Source: Clostridiales bacterium (GTDB taxonomy: Bacteria; Bacillota; Clostridia; Peptostreptococcales; Anaerovoracaceae). Taken from it: a DNA stretch of 49,064 nt. The notes beneath the pieces were generated by a model. That model was given only the letters and a program-made list of their open reading frames with translations. It was not told the origin of the DNA and did no database searches. Shown one piece after another: positions 8,341 to 16,102 of the stretch (the first letter of the stretch is position 1; every line of letters begins with the position of its first letter). The position numbers and the translations under genes were made by a program. Location: assembly GCA_009782285.1 (NCBI GenBank), contig WRJK01000008.1:1-49064 (forward strand). Direction: 5' to 3'.

Positions 8341-10686
8341 ATGAAAGAAATAAAAGCTATAATCAAAAGAGACGGAAGGCGCACCAATTACAATATAGAC
8401 AAGATAGTAGGAGCCATTTTCAAAGCGGCCAAGGTTCTTGGAGGGACGGATATTGACACCGCAAGGTACCTTGCCAGGCAGGTCGAGGCGTACATCCTTG
8501 AAGTCATGCACAAAGACACGCCTACGGTGGAGGAGATACAGGACGCGGTCGAGAAAATCCTGATCGAAAACGGCCATGCTAGGACTGCAAAGGAGTTCAT
8601 CCTCTACCGTGCGGAGAGGACCCGCATTCGCGAGATGAACATGAGGCTCATGAAGATTTACGAGGACCTCACTTTCAAGGACGCAAGGGACAACGACATC
8701 AAGCGCGAAAACGCCAACATAGACGGCGACACGGCGATGGGCACGATGCTGAAGTACGGTTCGGAAGGTGCCAAGCAGTTCTACGAGATGTTCGTGTTGA
8801 AGCCGGAGCATTCGAAAGCCCACACCGAGGGCGACATCCACATACACGACATGGATTTCCTGACATTGACGACCACATGCTGCCAGATAGACATAGAAAA
8901 GCTGTTTAAAGGCGGTTTTTCGACCGGCCACGGGTTCCTCCGCGAGCCGAACGACATACAGAGCTACACCGCCCTCGCCTGCATAGCGATACAGTCCAAC
9001 CAGAACGACCAGCACGGCGGCCAGAGCATACCGAACTTCGACTACGGCATGGCAGCCGGCGTGAGGAAGACGTACAAGAAGCTGTACCGCACCAACCTTG
9101 GCAAATTGATGAACATGCTCTACGATGTCGAAGACGGCGTTGAAAAGGCGAAGGATATCGCAGACAAGCTGGAAAAGGAGAAGGGCCTTTGCCCGGCTAT
9201 GGGGTGCGGGAGCGGCTACTGCCAAGAAGAAGCGGAGCTGCTAAAAGAGTTCGTCAACGAAAAGGACATAGAAAAACTCCAAGCGGGGGCAAGGAAATAC
9301 GCCGACCAGGAGATAAGGAGGGCTACGTACCAAGCGATGGAAGCCTTCGTCCACAACCTGAACACCATGCATTCCCGCGCCGGCGCACAGATACCGTTTT
9401 CATCGATCAACTACGGGACGGACACGTCGCCCGAGGGCAGGCTGGTGATCGAAAACATCCTGCTTGCCACGGAGGCGGGACTTGGCAACGGGGAAACCGC
9501 AATTTTCCCCATACACATTTTCAAGGTCAAGGAAGGCGTGACATTCAACCCGGAAGACCCGAACTACGACCTGTTCAAGCTGGCATGCAGGGTTTCAGCC
9601 AAGAGGCTGTACCCGAACTTCTCGTTCATCGACGCGCCTTACAACCTGAAATTCTACGTTCCGGGGGACGTGGACACGGAGGTCGCCTACATGGGGTGCA
9701 GGACGAGGGTCATAGCCAACGTCCACGACGCGGATAGGCAAGTTGTCGGCGGCCGGGGGAACCTGAGCTTTACGTCGATAAACCTGCCGCGTATAGCGAT
9801 TAACGCCAACGGCAACACCGATTTGTTCTTCGACGAGCTGGACAGGAAGATCACGCTGGTGATCGACCAGCTTCTGGAAAGGTACGAGATACAGGCGTCG
9901 AAAAAAGTCAAAAACTTCCCGTTCCTGATGGGCCAGGGGATTTGGATGGATGCGGACAAACTGGGGCCCGAGGATTCGGTTGGCGAGATTTTGAAGCACG
10001 GGACTTTGACGATGGGCTTCATAGGCCTAGCAGAATGCCTCAAATGCCTCATAGGGAGCCACCACGGGGAAACCCAGGAGGCTCAGAACCTAGGGCTCAA
10101 CATCATAGGGTACATGAGGAAAAGGCTTGACGAAGCCGCTGCGGAAAAGGGGTTTAATTTCACCTTGATTGCAACTCCGGCTGAAGGGCTTGCCGGGAGG
10201 TTCGTCCGGATTGACAAGAAGAAGTACGGAACCATTGATGGCGTGACCGACAAGGAGTACTACACCAATTCCTTCCACATACCTGTATACTACAATATTT
10301 CCGCTTTCGAAAAGATAAGGCTGGAGGCGCCTTACCACGCATTGACCAACGCGGGGCACATTACCTACGTTGAGCTTGACGGCGACCCCTGCAAAAATCT
10401 CGACGCCTTTGAGAAAATCGTCCGGTTCATGAAGGAGTCTGGGGTGGGCTACGGCTCGATAAACCATCCGGTGGACAGGGACCCCGTTTGCGGCTACACG
10501 GGCGTCATCGACAACGAATGCCCGTCCTGCCACAGGAAAGAGGAGGACGACGGCATCAAGTTCGAGAGGATCAGGAGGATAACGGGCTATCTTGTGGGCA
10601 CTGTGGACCGTTTCAACAACGCAAAGAGGTACGAGGAGAAGGACAGGGTGAAGCACACGGTTGCGCTGGAGACGGAAGCGATATGA
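8341..10686 (+). CDS. nrdD: anaerobic ribonucleoside-triphosphate reductase (class III RNR)
   Basis: N-terminal ATP-cone (MKEIKAIIKRDGRRTNYNIDKIV), C-terminal Zn-ribbon CPSCH and glycyl-radical motif RRITGYLVGTVDRFNNAK; 781 aa. Confidence 0.9.
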   Translation: MKEIKAIIKRDGRRTNYNIDKIVGAIFKAAKVLGGTDIDTARYLARQVEAYILEVMHKDTPTVEEIQDAVEKILIENGHARTAKEFILYRAERTRIREMNMRLMKIYEDLTFKDARDNDIKRENANIDGDTAMGTMLKYGSEGAKQFYEMFVLKPEHSKAHTEGDIHIHDMDFLTLTTTCCQIDIEKLFKGGFSTGHGFLREPNDIQSYTALACIAIQSNQNDQHGGQSIPNFDYGMAAGVRKTYKKLYRTNLGKLMNMLYDVEDGVEKAKDIADKLEKEKGLCPAMGCGSGYCQEEAELLKEFVNEKDIEKLQAGARKYADQEIRRATYQAMEAFVHNLNTMHSRAGAQIPFSSINYGTDTSPEGRLVIENILLATEAGLGNGETAIFPIHIFKVKEGVTFNPEDPNYDLFKLACRVSAKRLYPNFSFIDAPYNLKFYVPGDVDTEVAYMGCRTRVIANVHDADRQVVGGRGNLSFTSINLPRIAINANGNTDLFFDELDRKITLVIDQLLERYEIQASKKVKNFPFLMGQGIWMDADKLGPEDSVGEILKHGTLTMGFIGLAECLKCLIGSHHGETQEAQNLGLNIIGYMRKRLDEAAAEKGFNFTLIATPAEGLAGRFVRIDKKKYGTIDGVTDKEYYTNSFHIPVYYNISAFEKIRLEAPYHALTNAGHITYVELDGDPCKNLDAFEKIVRFMKESGVGYGSINHPVDRDPVCGYTGVIDNECPSCHRKEEDDGIKFERIRRITGYLVGTVDRFNNAKRYEEKDRVKHTVALETEAI

Positions 10687-11204
10687 GCGCAAAGCCTGGC
10701 ATCATAAGGGTTGCGGGCTTAGTCCGGGAGTCCATCGTCGACGGACCCGGCATAAGGTTTGTCGTGTTCGCTCAGGGCTGCCCTCATAGGTGTGAAGGCT
10801 GCCACAACGAGGCTGCCCTTGATTTTTCCGGCGGCTATGAACTGGAAACAGGGAAAATCATGCTTGAGATCGAAAAGAACCCGCTGCTCTCCGGGGTCAC
10901 CTTCAGCGGCGGGGAGCCCTTCTGCCAGCCGGAAGGGTTTTTGCGTCTTGCACGGAAACTGAAAGAGAAAAACACCCACATCATTTCCTATTCGGGGTAC
11001 TCCTTTGAGGATCTCGAGGCGCTGGCTGAACAGGATGAGGACGTCAAAGAACTGCTGGGCAGGATTGACATACTGATAGACGGGCGGTTCGCCATCGAAG
11101 AGCGGGACTTGGCCCTCCAGTTCAAAGGGAGCGCGAACCAGCGGTACATCGACATGAACGCCACTAGGGAGAGCGGGGGGCTGGTGGTGCTGGACAGTTT
11201 GTAG
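10683..11204 (+). CDS. nrdG: anaerobic ribonucleotide reductase activating protein (radical SAM)
   Basis: MSAKPGIIRVAGLVRESIVDGPGIRFVVFAQGCPHRCEGCHN carries the CxxxCxxC-type cluster. ATG 10683 overlaps the nrdD stop (ATATGA). The ORF track start 10488 lies inside nrdD and was rejected. Confidence 0.85.
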   Translation: MSAKPGIIRVAGLVRESIVDGPGIRFVVFAQGCPHRCEGCHNEAALDFSGGYELETGKIMLEIEKNPLLSGVTFSGGEPFCQPEGFLRLARKLKEKNTHIISYSGYSFEDLEALAEQDEDVKELLGRIDILIDGRFAIEERDLALQFKGSANQRYIDMNATRESGGLVVLDSL

Positions 11205-11208
11205 AGAA

Positions 11209-11406
11209 TTATACCACAGTACGGCTGTTCTCGCCTGATTTAACCTGATCACCGCAGACAGGCGTAATCCCATGCTGTTTTAGCATGGGTTCTGTTTGTG
11301 CCTTGATATGCGCTGTTAATTCCGAAGGCGACATATTTTTCGTTTCCTCAAAGAGCGATATGCGGATTGCATTTAAGTCTTTTTCAATCGTGTTTGGGCT
11401 CTTCAT
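11209..11406 (-). CDS. small hypothetical protein (65 aa), possibly ribbon-helix-helix-like
   Basis: Strong RBS (GGAGGT, 8 nt spacer) upstream of ATG at 11406. Predicted beta strand IRISL followed by helices. However, the C-terminal part overlaps a perfect 8 bp hairpin (11268-11290) that could instead be the nrdDG terminator. Confidence 0.4.
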   Translation of the reverse strand: MKSPNTIEKDLNAIRISLFEETKNMSPSELTAHIKAQTEPMLKQHGITPVCGDQVKSGENSRTVV

Positions 11407-11757
11407 TTTCCAATACCTCCATTGGCGTACATATTATTACAGTCTTATAACCCTCCCGCAAACAGAAGCACAGGCGATATGAGTACTGTCAAATCTATAT
11501 TTTGCCGGAATGATGCCCTCATGTACATTATATGCTGAAAGTATAATCAAATCAATACAGAACAGCAAATCTTAAAACCCAATTATCCTGCTCTTTTCAA
11601 GCACTGACTGCCGCGAAAATTTGATGCAAAATATTGTAAAACAGGCAGATGCATGATATCATAAAATGTCAAGCAATTAGAGGCAATCTATCGAAAATTC
11701 ATGTAGCGATAATGGTAATGTAAAGTGATTTGCTGAACAGAGCAGGAAGGTTGAGAC

Positions 11758-12468
11758 ATGAAAACATCCAGTATGATATTTGCGGCTGCTTCAGCATTAG
11801 CGATCCTGATTTTTTCAGGATGCGGACAGGTTGGTGAACAAACTCCAAGCGACAGCCGAGCTTCAAGCGACAGCATTTGTCTAATCAAGAATTATACTAC
11901 CGAAATACCGAGGACTATGTGGCCGGTGTTGGACGAAGGAAGATTCATTAGCTTTGAAATAGTTTCCGAAGGGGATGACGATGCCTATACTATTGGGTAT
12001 TCGACGATTATTAACGGCGTCAAAACCGACCATGCTTTGTTTTCAGACGACCGGCAACAATTGGAACGATGGGAGGGGACGGTCGGGTATTCATTTTTGA
12101 TGACAGGAAAGTTCTTTCGTGGCGATGTAACGCTGAACTATGGGAGTTATAAGGATTCGGCAACTAAAAGCAGAAATGCATTAATGCTTGAAATACCAGG
12201 GCGGCAGGATTGGAAAGGCGTGTCTTTCGCGACAAGAATGGAGGGGTTTGGCAGTGAACTGAACAAAGGAGAAGGCTGTATCCTTGCTTATTACTGGGGT
12301 TGGTTCAGTGATGAGGAACCCCCTCTCGATGACGGCGCCAGCACAAGGCTTTTTGAATATAAGACAGTTGACGAGTTTGCACAAGACCCTGACATACGAA
12401 GGTTATCCTTTTGTTTGGTTTATTACATCGAAAACAGTATGGAGGTCGGTCATGAAAGACAATTATGA
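11758..12468 (+). CDS. lipoprotein of unknown function
   Basis: Signal peptide with lipobox MIFAAASALAILIFSGC. No recognisable catalytic motifs. Lower GC than the core genes. Confidence 0.6.
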   Translation: MKTSSMIFAAASALAILIFSGCGQVGEQTPSDSRASSDSICLIKNYTTEIPRTMWPVLDEGRFISFEIVSEGDDDAYTIGYSTIINGVKTDHALFSDDRQQLERWEGTVGYSFLMTGKFFRGDVTLNYGSYKDSATKSRNALMLEIPGRQDWKGVSFATRMEGFGSELNKGEGCILAYYWGWFSDEEPPLDDGASTRLFEYKTVDEFAQDPDIRRLSFCLVYYIENSMEVGHERQL

Positions 12469-12565
12469 TTTTTCAACAGAGGACAGCAATGAAGAAAAAT
12501 CTAATGAAAAATATGCGAACGTGGTGCGGGAGAGTTTACAGGAATATAAGGTCAACACGCCATAA
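12452..12565 (+). CDS. small acidic ORF (37 aa), doubtful
   Basis: ATG 12452 preceded by GGAGG, overlaps the lipoprotein stop. Contains copy A of the 44 bp direct repeat. No homology recognised. Confidence 0.2.
   Translation: MKDNYDFSTEDSNEEKSNEKYANVVRESLQEYKVNTP
12486..12529. repeat. 44 bp direct repeat, copy A
   Basis: gcaatgaagaaaaatctaatgaaaaatatgcgaacgtggtgcgg, about 40 of 44 identical to copy B at 13178..13221. The two copies bracket the toxin-remnant/antitoxin pair. Confidence 0.7.
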
Positions 12566-12584
12566 AAGCAGCAAATTCTGCGAT

Positions 12585-12731
12585 TTACGATTGAAATAGA
12601 TCCGAATGAGTACCCGTGCGCGAAGCGGTTAGCACGATGCTTTTTCCGTCAATAAAATAAACGAGAAGCCAATCTGGAAGGATATGACATTCCCGAAACC
12701 CAGCATAGTCACCCGTTAATGCGTGGTCATG
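12585..12731 (-). pseudogene. YafQ/RelE-family toxin remnant (C-terminal half only, no start codon)
   Basis: Minus-strand translation HALTGDYAGFRECHILPDWLLVYFIDGKSIVLTASRTGTHSDLFQS* aligns with the C-terminal half of E. coli YafQ (HPLQGSWKGYRDAHVEPDWILIYKLTDKLLRFERTGTHAALFG). The frame runs without a Met into the antitoxin stop, so about 45 N-terminal residues are missing. Confidence 0.6.
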
Positions 12732-12745
12732 GTGTTTCGACACGC

Positions 12746-13039
12746 TCAATCCTCCATATCCTCTAAGCCTAATTCCTCAACCATCTCCTTGACAGAAGCA
12801 TAGGACTTTGTTTGTATCCTACCGCTTGCAATATCCCGCGCTTCCTTCATTGCAGCTAATGTCTCATTGTTGTATTTCGGCAAAGTCATATCGAAAGGCA
12901 ACCCGCCGACAATTATTACCTTATGCAAAAAAATATTTACAGCGTCTGCTACGGTTAGCCCGAAATGAGAAAAGATTCCGTCAACAGTTGATTTCACATC
13001 AGGTTCAACACGAATATTTATGTTTGCTGTTTTAGCCAT
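12746..13039 (-). CDS. DinJ/RelB-family type II antitoxin
   Basis: MAKTANINIRVEPDVKSTVDGIFSHFGLTVADAVNIFLHKVIIVGGLPFDM matches DinJ (MAANAFVRARIDEDLKNQAADVLAGMGLTISDLVRITLTKVAREKALPFDL). Looks full length at 97 aa. Confidence 0.8.
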   Translation of the reverse strand: MAKTANINIRVEPDVKSTVDGIFSHFGLTVADAVNIFLHKVIIVGGLPFDMTLPKYNNETLAAMKEARDIASGRIQTKSYASVKEMVEELGLEDMED

Positions 13040-13177
13040 ATCAAATCACCTCATTTTTAGTATGCACTATTTCGGAAGCGAATGCAATACAAACGCAACC
13101 ATTTTGGAAATATATTTTCACAGTTTTTCAAAAAACGATTAACCTCCGGTGCCGTCCAAAGCTCAAGTCGAGCTGTG

Positions 13178-13221
13178 GCAATGAAGAAAATTCTTATGAA
13201 AAAAATGCGAACGTGGTCGGC
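13178..13221. repeat. 44 bp direct repeat, copy B
   Basis: gcaatgaagaaaattcttatgaaaaaaatgcgaacgtggtcggc. It sits in a different reading frame from copy A, so the duplication is at DNA level rather than a conserved protein. Confidence 0.7.
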
Positions 13222-13342
13222 TTTTTGCGTTGTCATAGTTTTGGTCTCTCGTAGCTATGGTCTCCAGACGGAGGATTTTCATGTGAGTATTCATGTTTTT
13301 TCAATTAAAGTGAATTGTTTTGAATTGTATCTTGAATACTAT

Positions 13343-13370
13343 TGACTTATAAAATCAAGGTAAGTATAAT
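13343..13370 (+). promoter_or_regulatory. consensus-like promoter upstream of the NTPase gene
   Basis: TTGACT (13343-13348), 16 bp spacer, TATAAT (13365-13370) inside a strongly AT-rich leader. Confidence 0.5.
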
Positions 13371-13441
13371 ATCTATTATCTATGTATATTGTAATATTAA
13401 AGTTTGATGAGCAATGCTTTTTGAAACGGGGGATAATTCAA

Positions 13442-15298
13442 ATGGATAATGATCGGAAATTCATTCAAAATGGCAAATATTTGATTGAAGAGGCTAATCT
13501 AGATACAATGCAGAGCATCGACAACTATGAAGATTTTTCATTACAGTACATAGGTAGCCCTGATGCAAAGAGAGAATGGGACAAAAATCCAGAACTTACA
13601 GGTGATATGTTTATTCACACAAGAGCATATCACGCTTTCAAGGATGAAGACAATTTAATTTTGCTTGGAAGAACAGGCACTGGAAAAACGGCGATACTTC
13701 GGTGTCTCGAATGGGAAGTTAGACATAATTCTTCAGATTTTGGAATGGCATATAACATCGCAGTTATGATTGAAGCAGAACAATTCCTAAAAGTTTTAGC
13801 ATTGTATGAAATGTTAGATACAAATAGCACTGCGGCGAACCTTCAAATTTCTGAAGCATTACGGCGGATAGTTTATCTGTCCATCATGGAAAAAATACTT
13901 GATAGCTGTGAAAAGCCAACTCAATATCAGGCGATTTATCGTTTCTTAACATCAGCACACGAGTTGAGAGGGAATTTGAAATACACTAAAAGCCAACAAG
14001 CCAGGGATAAAGCTAGTATTTTTGCGCAAGCAGAGATACTCGGTACTGCGACAGAATTTGGTACAATTTTAAAAGATGTGCAGACTGTCACACGTCTTTT
14101 CGATATTTTGTACGCGACAAATTATGAAGCCGCAAGAGAGGAATGTAAAGGATACCTCAACAATAAAAAAGTGCTTGTTCTCATTGATACATTTGAAACA
14201 TATGATTTGTCGAATGCGAAAATGATACAAATAATACGAAACCTTCTTGAGGTTTGTTTTGAGTTTTATAATAATCCAACAAAAAATATATTCGTCAAAA
14301 TTGCCTTACCAATTGAGATTTACAATAGGGTTCTTTATGGGCTGCCACCAAAAAAATCTTCAAACACTGTCGTTATAAGATGGACAAATAGAGAACTGCT
14401 TGCCATGGTTGCATTGAGAATTGTGGCAGGCTATCAGCAAGGTAAGCTGAAAGGAGTGCTCGAAGATCAGGGGAGGGAAATTCTTTTTGATTATTGTGAG
14501 CAGTTTTCATTAAGTGACTTTTACGCAGATAGAGAGAAAGGGATCAGTGTGGCATATGAAAACGCTCGAAATCTATTACAAAACATATTACCAAAAGAAT
14601 GTGTAACAAGATGTGCTTATTCATGTGATGCAATACTCTATTGCATGAAACACACATTGAAAAAACCAAGAGAGCTAATGAAGATGTTTGATGGTTTTAT
14701 TTCTCAAATTATTAAAAACAATAACCGCGATTACTATAAAATAAATAACGGGGAAAACATACGAGATACTGTTCATGCCATGGAAGAATATATGATCAGA
14801 TCTGCATTAAGCGTGTATGAAGATTCTTACCGAGGATTGGGAATAGCATGTGACGAGTTTTTTACTGACGCCGTATTTGTTTTTGAAAAAAACACACCAA
14901 TAGTAAATAAGCTCAAGGCAGCTATCGTTAAGGCAAAAGAAGCAAATTGGAGACACTTAACGCCGGCAGAACAGCATACTGTTGAGTCATTGTTGGATGA
15001 GACAACTTTTATATCAGTCTTAATGGAAAGTGGCTTGATTGGAGAGATTAACTCAAAAAAAATCCAAGTTAACGAAAAATTCTTCGACGCGAATGAACCT
15101 ACATGCACTATTATTGCTGATTTTGAATTTAAAATAACAAGACCAAACAATTATCAGTTATTTGCAGGTAGACAATATGTTATACATCCAATGTGTTATG
15201 AATACTATTCGTGTAAAGTGGACCGGAATACATTTGTTTATCTCGAAAAAGGAAAACGCGAGGCACCCATTTATCACTCCCAGTTGATAGATCTCTAA
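13442..15298 (+). CDS. P-loop NTPase of unassigned family with a Cys-rich C-terminal region; candidate defence or abortive-infection ATPase
   Basis: Walker A LLGRTGTGKTAIL preceded by a beta strand. Candidate Walker B KKVLVLIDTFETYD about 170 aa later. C-terminal CVTRCAYSCDAILYCMKH and HPMCYEYYSCK Cys clusters. Very AT-rich codon usage, unlike its flanks. Start taken at ATG 13442 with GGGGGA RBS; the ORF track starts at 13382 (near-leaderless alternative). Confidence 0.75.
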   Translation: MDNDRKFIQNGKYLIEEANLDTMQSIDNYEDFSLQYIGSPDAKREWDKNPELTGDMFIHTRAYHAFKDEDNLILLGRTGTGKTAILRCLEWEVRHNSSDFGMAYNIAVMIEAEQFLKVLALYEMLDTNSTAANLQISEALRRIVYLSIMEKILDSCEKPTQYQAIYRFLTSAHELRGNLKYTKSQQARDKASIFAQAEILGTATEFGTILKDVQTVTRLFDILYATNYEAAREECKGYLNNKKVLVLIDTFETYDLSNAKMIQIIRNLLEVCFEFYNNPTKNIFVKIALPIEIYNRVLYGLPPKKSSNTVVIRWTNRELLAMVALRIVAGYQQGKLKGVLEDQGREILFDYCEQFSLSDFYADREKGISVAYENARNLLQNILPKECVTRCAYSCDAILYCMKHTLKKPRELMKMFDGFISQIIKNNNRDYYKINNGENIRDTVHAMEEYMIRSALSVYEDSYRGLGIACDEFFTDAVFVFEKNTPIVNKLKAAIVKAKEANWRHLTPAEQHTVESLLDETTFISVLMESGLIGEINSKKIQVNEKFFDANEPTCTIIADFEFKITRPNNYQLFAGRQYVIHPMCYEYYSCKVDRNTFVYLEKGKREAPIYHSQLIDL

Positions 15299-15315
15299 AG
15301 ATATCTAAAAAAACA

Positions 15316-15346
15316 CTTGAACTCCCACCCCTTCTTATGGTACAAT
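15316..15346 (+). promoter_or_regulatory. rpmB promoter with extended -10
   Basis: TTGAAC (15316-15321) and TGgTACAAT (15338-15346). Confidence 0.5.
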
Positions 15347-15422
15347 ATTTATCGTGCTTGAATCGACACGAAATAAGCAATTACAGCGAAAGAGCGATTT
15401 GATAGAAGGAGGTGCGGCAGGC

Positions 15423-15617
15423 ATGTCAAGAAGGTGCGAGGTGTGCGGGAAAGGGCAGGTTTCAGGGAACAACGTGTCCCATTCCAACAGGCATACGAGA
15501 AGGAAGTGGAATGCGAACATCCAGACGGTCAAGGTTACCGAGAACGGGACTACGAGAAGGGTAAAGATGTGCACGAGGTGCATACGCTCGGGCAGGAAGG
15601 TTAGCGGTGCCAACTAA
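15423..15617 (+). CDS. rpmB: 50S ribosomal protein L28
   Basis: MSRRCEVCGKGQVSGNNVSHSNRHTRRKWNANIQTVKV...RVKMCTRCIRSGRKV is canonical L28. ATG 15423 after GGAGG; the ORF track start 15354 was rejected. Confidence 0.9.
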   Translation: MSRRCEVCGKGQVSGNNVSHSNRHTRRKWNANIQTVKVTENGTTRRVKMCTRCIRSGRKVSGAN

Positions 15618-15709
15618 TGACGGATGAGGCCAGGTAATCAATCTTGGTCTTATTTTTTATTGTGTCAGAAGCCACGTTTTTATTCTTAAGCGGAAGAGGG
15701 GCGGCAGTT

Positions 15710-16102
15710 TTGATATACAGGGTGGAGACTCCCACTGGAAGCATATCTTTTTCAAAAAACATCATAGGCAGGATCGTGCTTGAGGCTGTCCTGCAGTTTG
15801 GCGGCAAGGTGATGGTTTCAAACCACAAAGGGAAAACCGTTGGGCTGTCGCAGAAGCGCGGAGGCCTCGACGCCATTGGCACCATGGACATAACCATGGG
15901 AGCAAAGGGCCTTGACCTTCGGATTTACGTCGTGATACGTTTTGGCACCAGCATAGGCATGGTGACGGACAGGCTCATCGAAGGCATTTACATGCGCACC
16001 AAGGAACTGACAGGGCTTGCGCCGAACAGCGTTGCAATCGTGGTCACAGGGATGATTTCAAAGCAGCAGATGGCGCGAAGGAACATCGAGGTAATAAAAT
16101 AA
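15710..16102 (+). CDS. Asp23/Gls24 (alkaline shock protein, DUF322) family protein
   Basis: GSISFSKNIIGRIVLEAVLQFGG...LAPNSVAIVVTGM pattern. TTG start at 15710 after AAGAGGGG chosen over the in-frame upstream ATG 15644. Same position as yloU in Bacillus (rpmB-asp23-recG). Confidence 0.7.
   Translation: MIYRVETPTGSISFSKNIIGRIVLEAVLQFGGKVMVSNHKGKTVGLSQKRGGLDAIGTMDITMGAKGLDLRIYVVIRFGTSIGMVTDRLIEGIYMRTKELTGLAPNSVAIVVTGMISKQQMARRNIEVIK

Noticed and set aside
8317-9225. Long antisense ORFs inside GC-rich genes (e.g. 8317..9225 in nrdD, 22970..23563 in asd, 35291..36115 and 35481..36233 across rplU-rpmA, 3856..4803 opposite the secreted protein, 561..1091 in galK)
   Set aside because: Each is antisense to a confidently identified gene, and their translations are low-complexity Arg/Ala/Pro-rich, typical of high-GC antisense frames.
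10488-10682. Upstream extension of nrdG to ATG 10488
   Set aside because: That extension lies within nrdD coding sequence in another frame. The conserved NrdG N-terminus begins at ATG 10683, which overlaps the nrdD stop.
12284-12565. ORF 12284..12565 (+, 93 aa)
   Set aside because: Its first two thirds overlap the lipoprotein gene out of frame. Only the last 37 codons, from ATG 12452 with an RBS, are a conceivable independent ORF, kept as a low-confidence feature.
13082-13345. ORF 13082..13345 (+, 87 aa)
   Set aside because: AT-rich leader of the NTPase gene. It contains repeat copy B and the NTPase promoter, has no RBS, and its low-complexity translation is an artefact.
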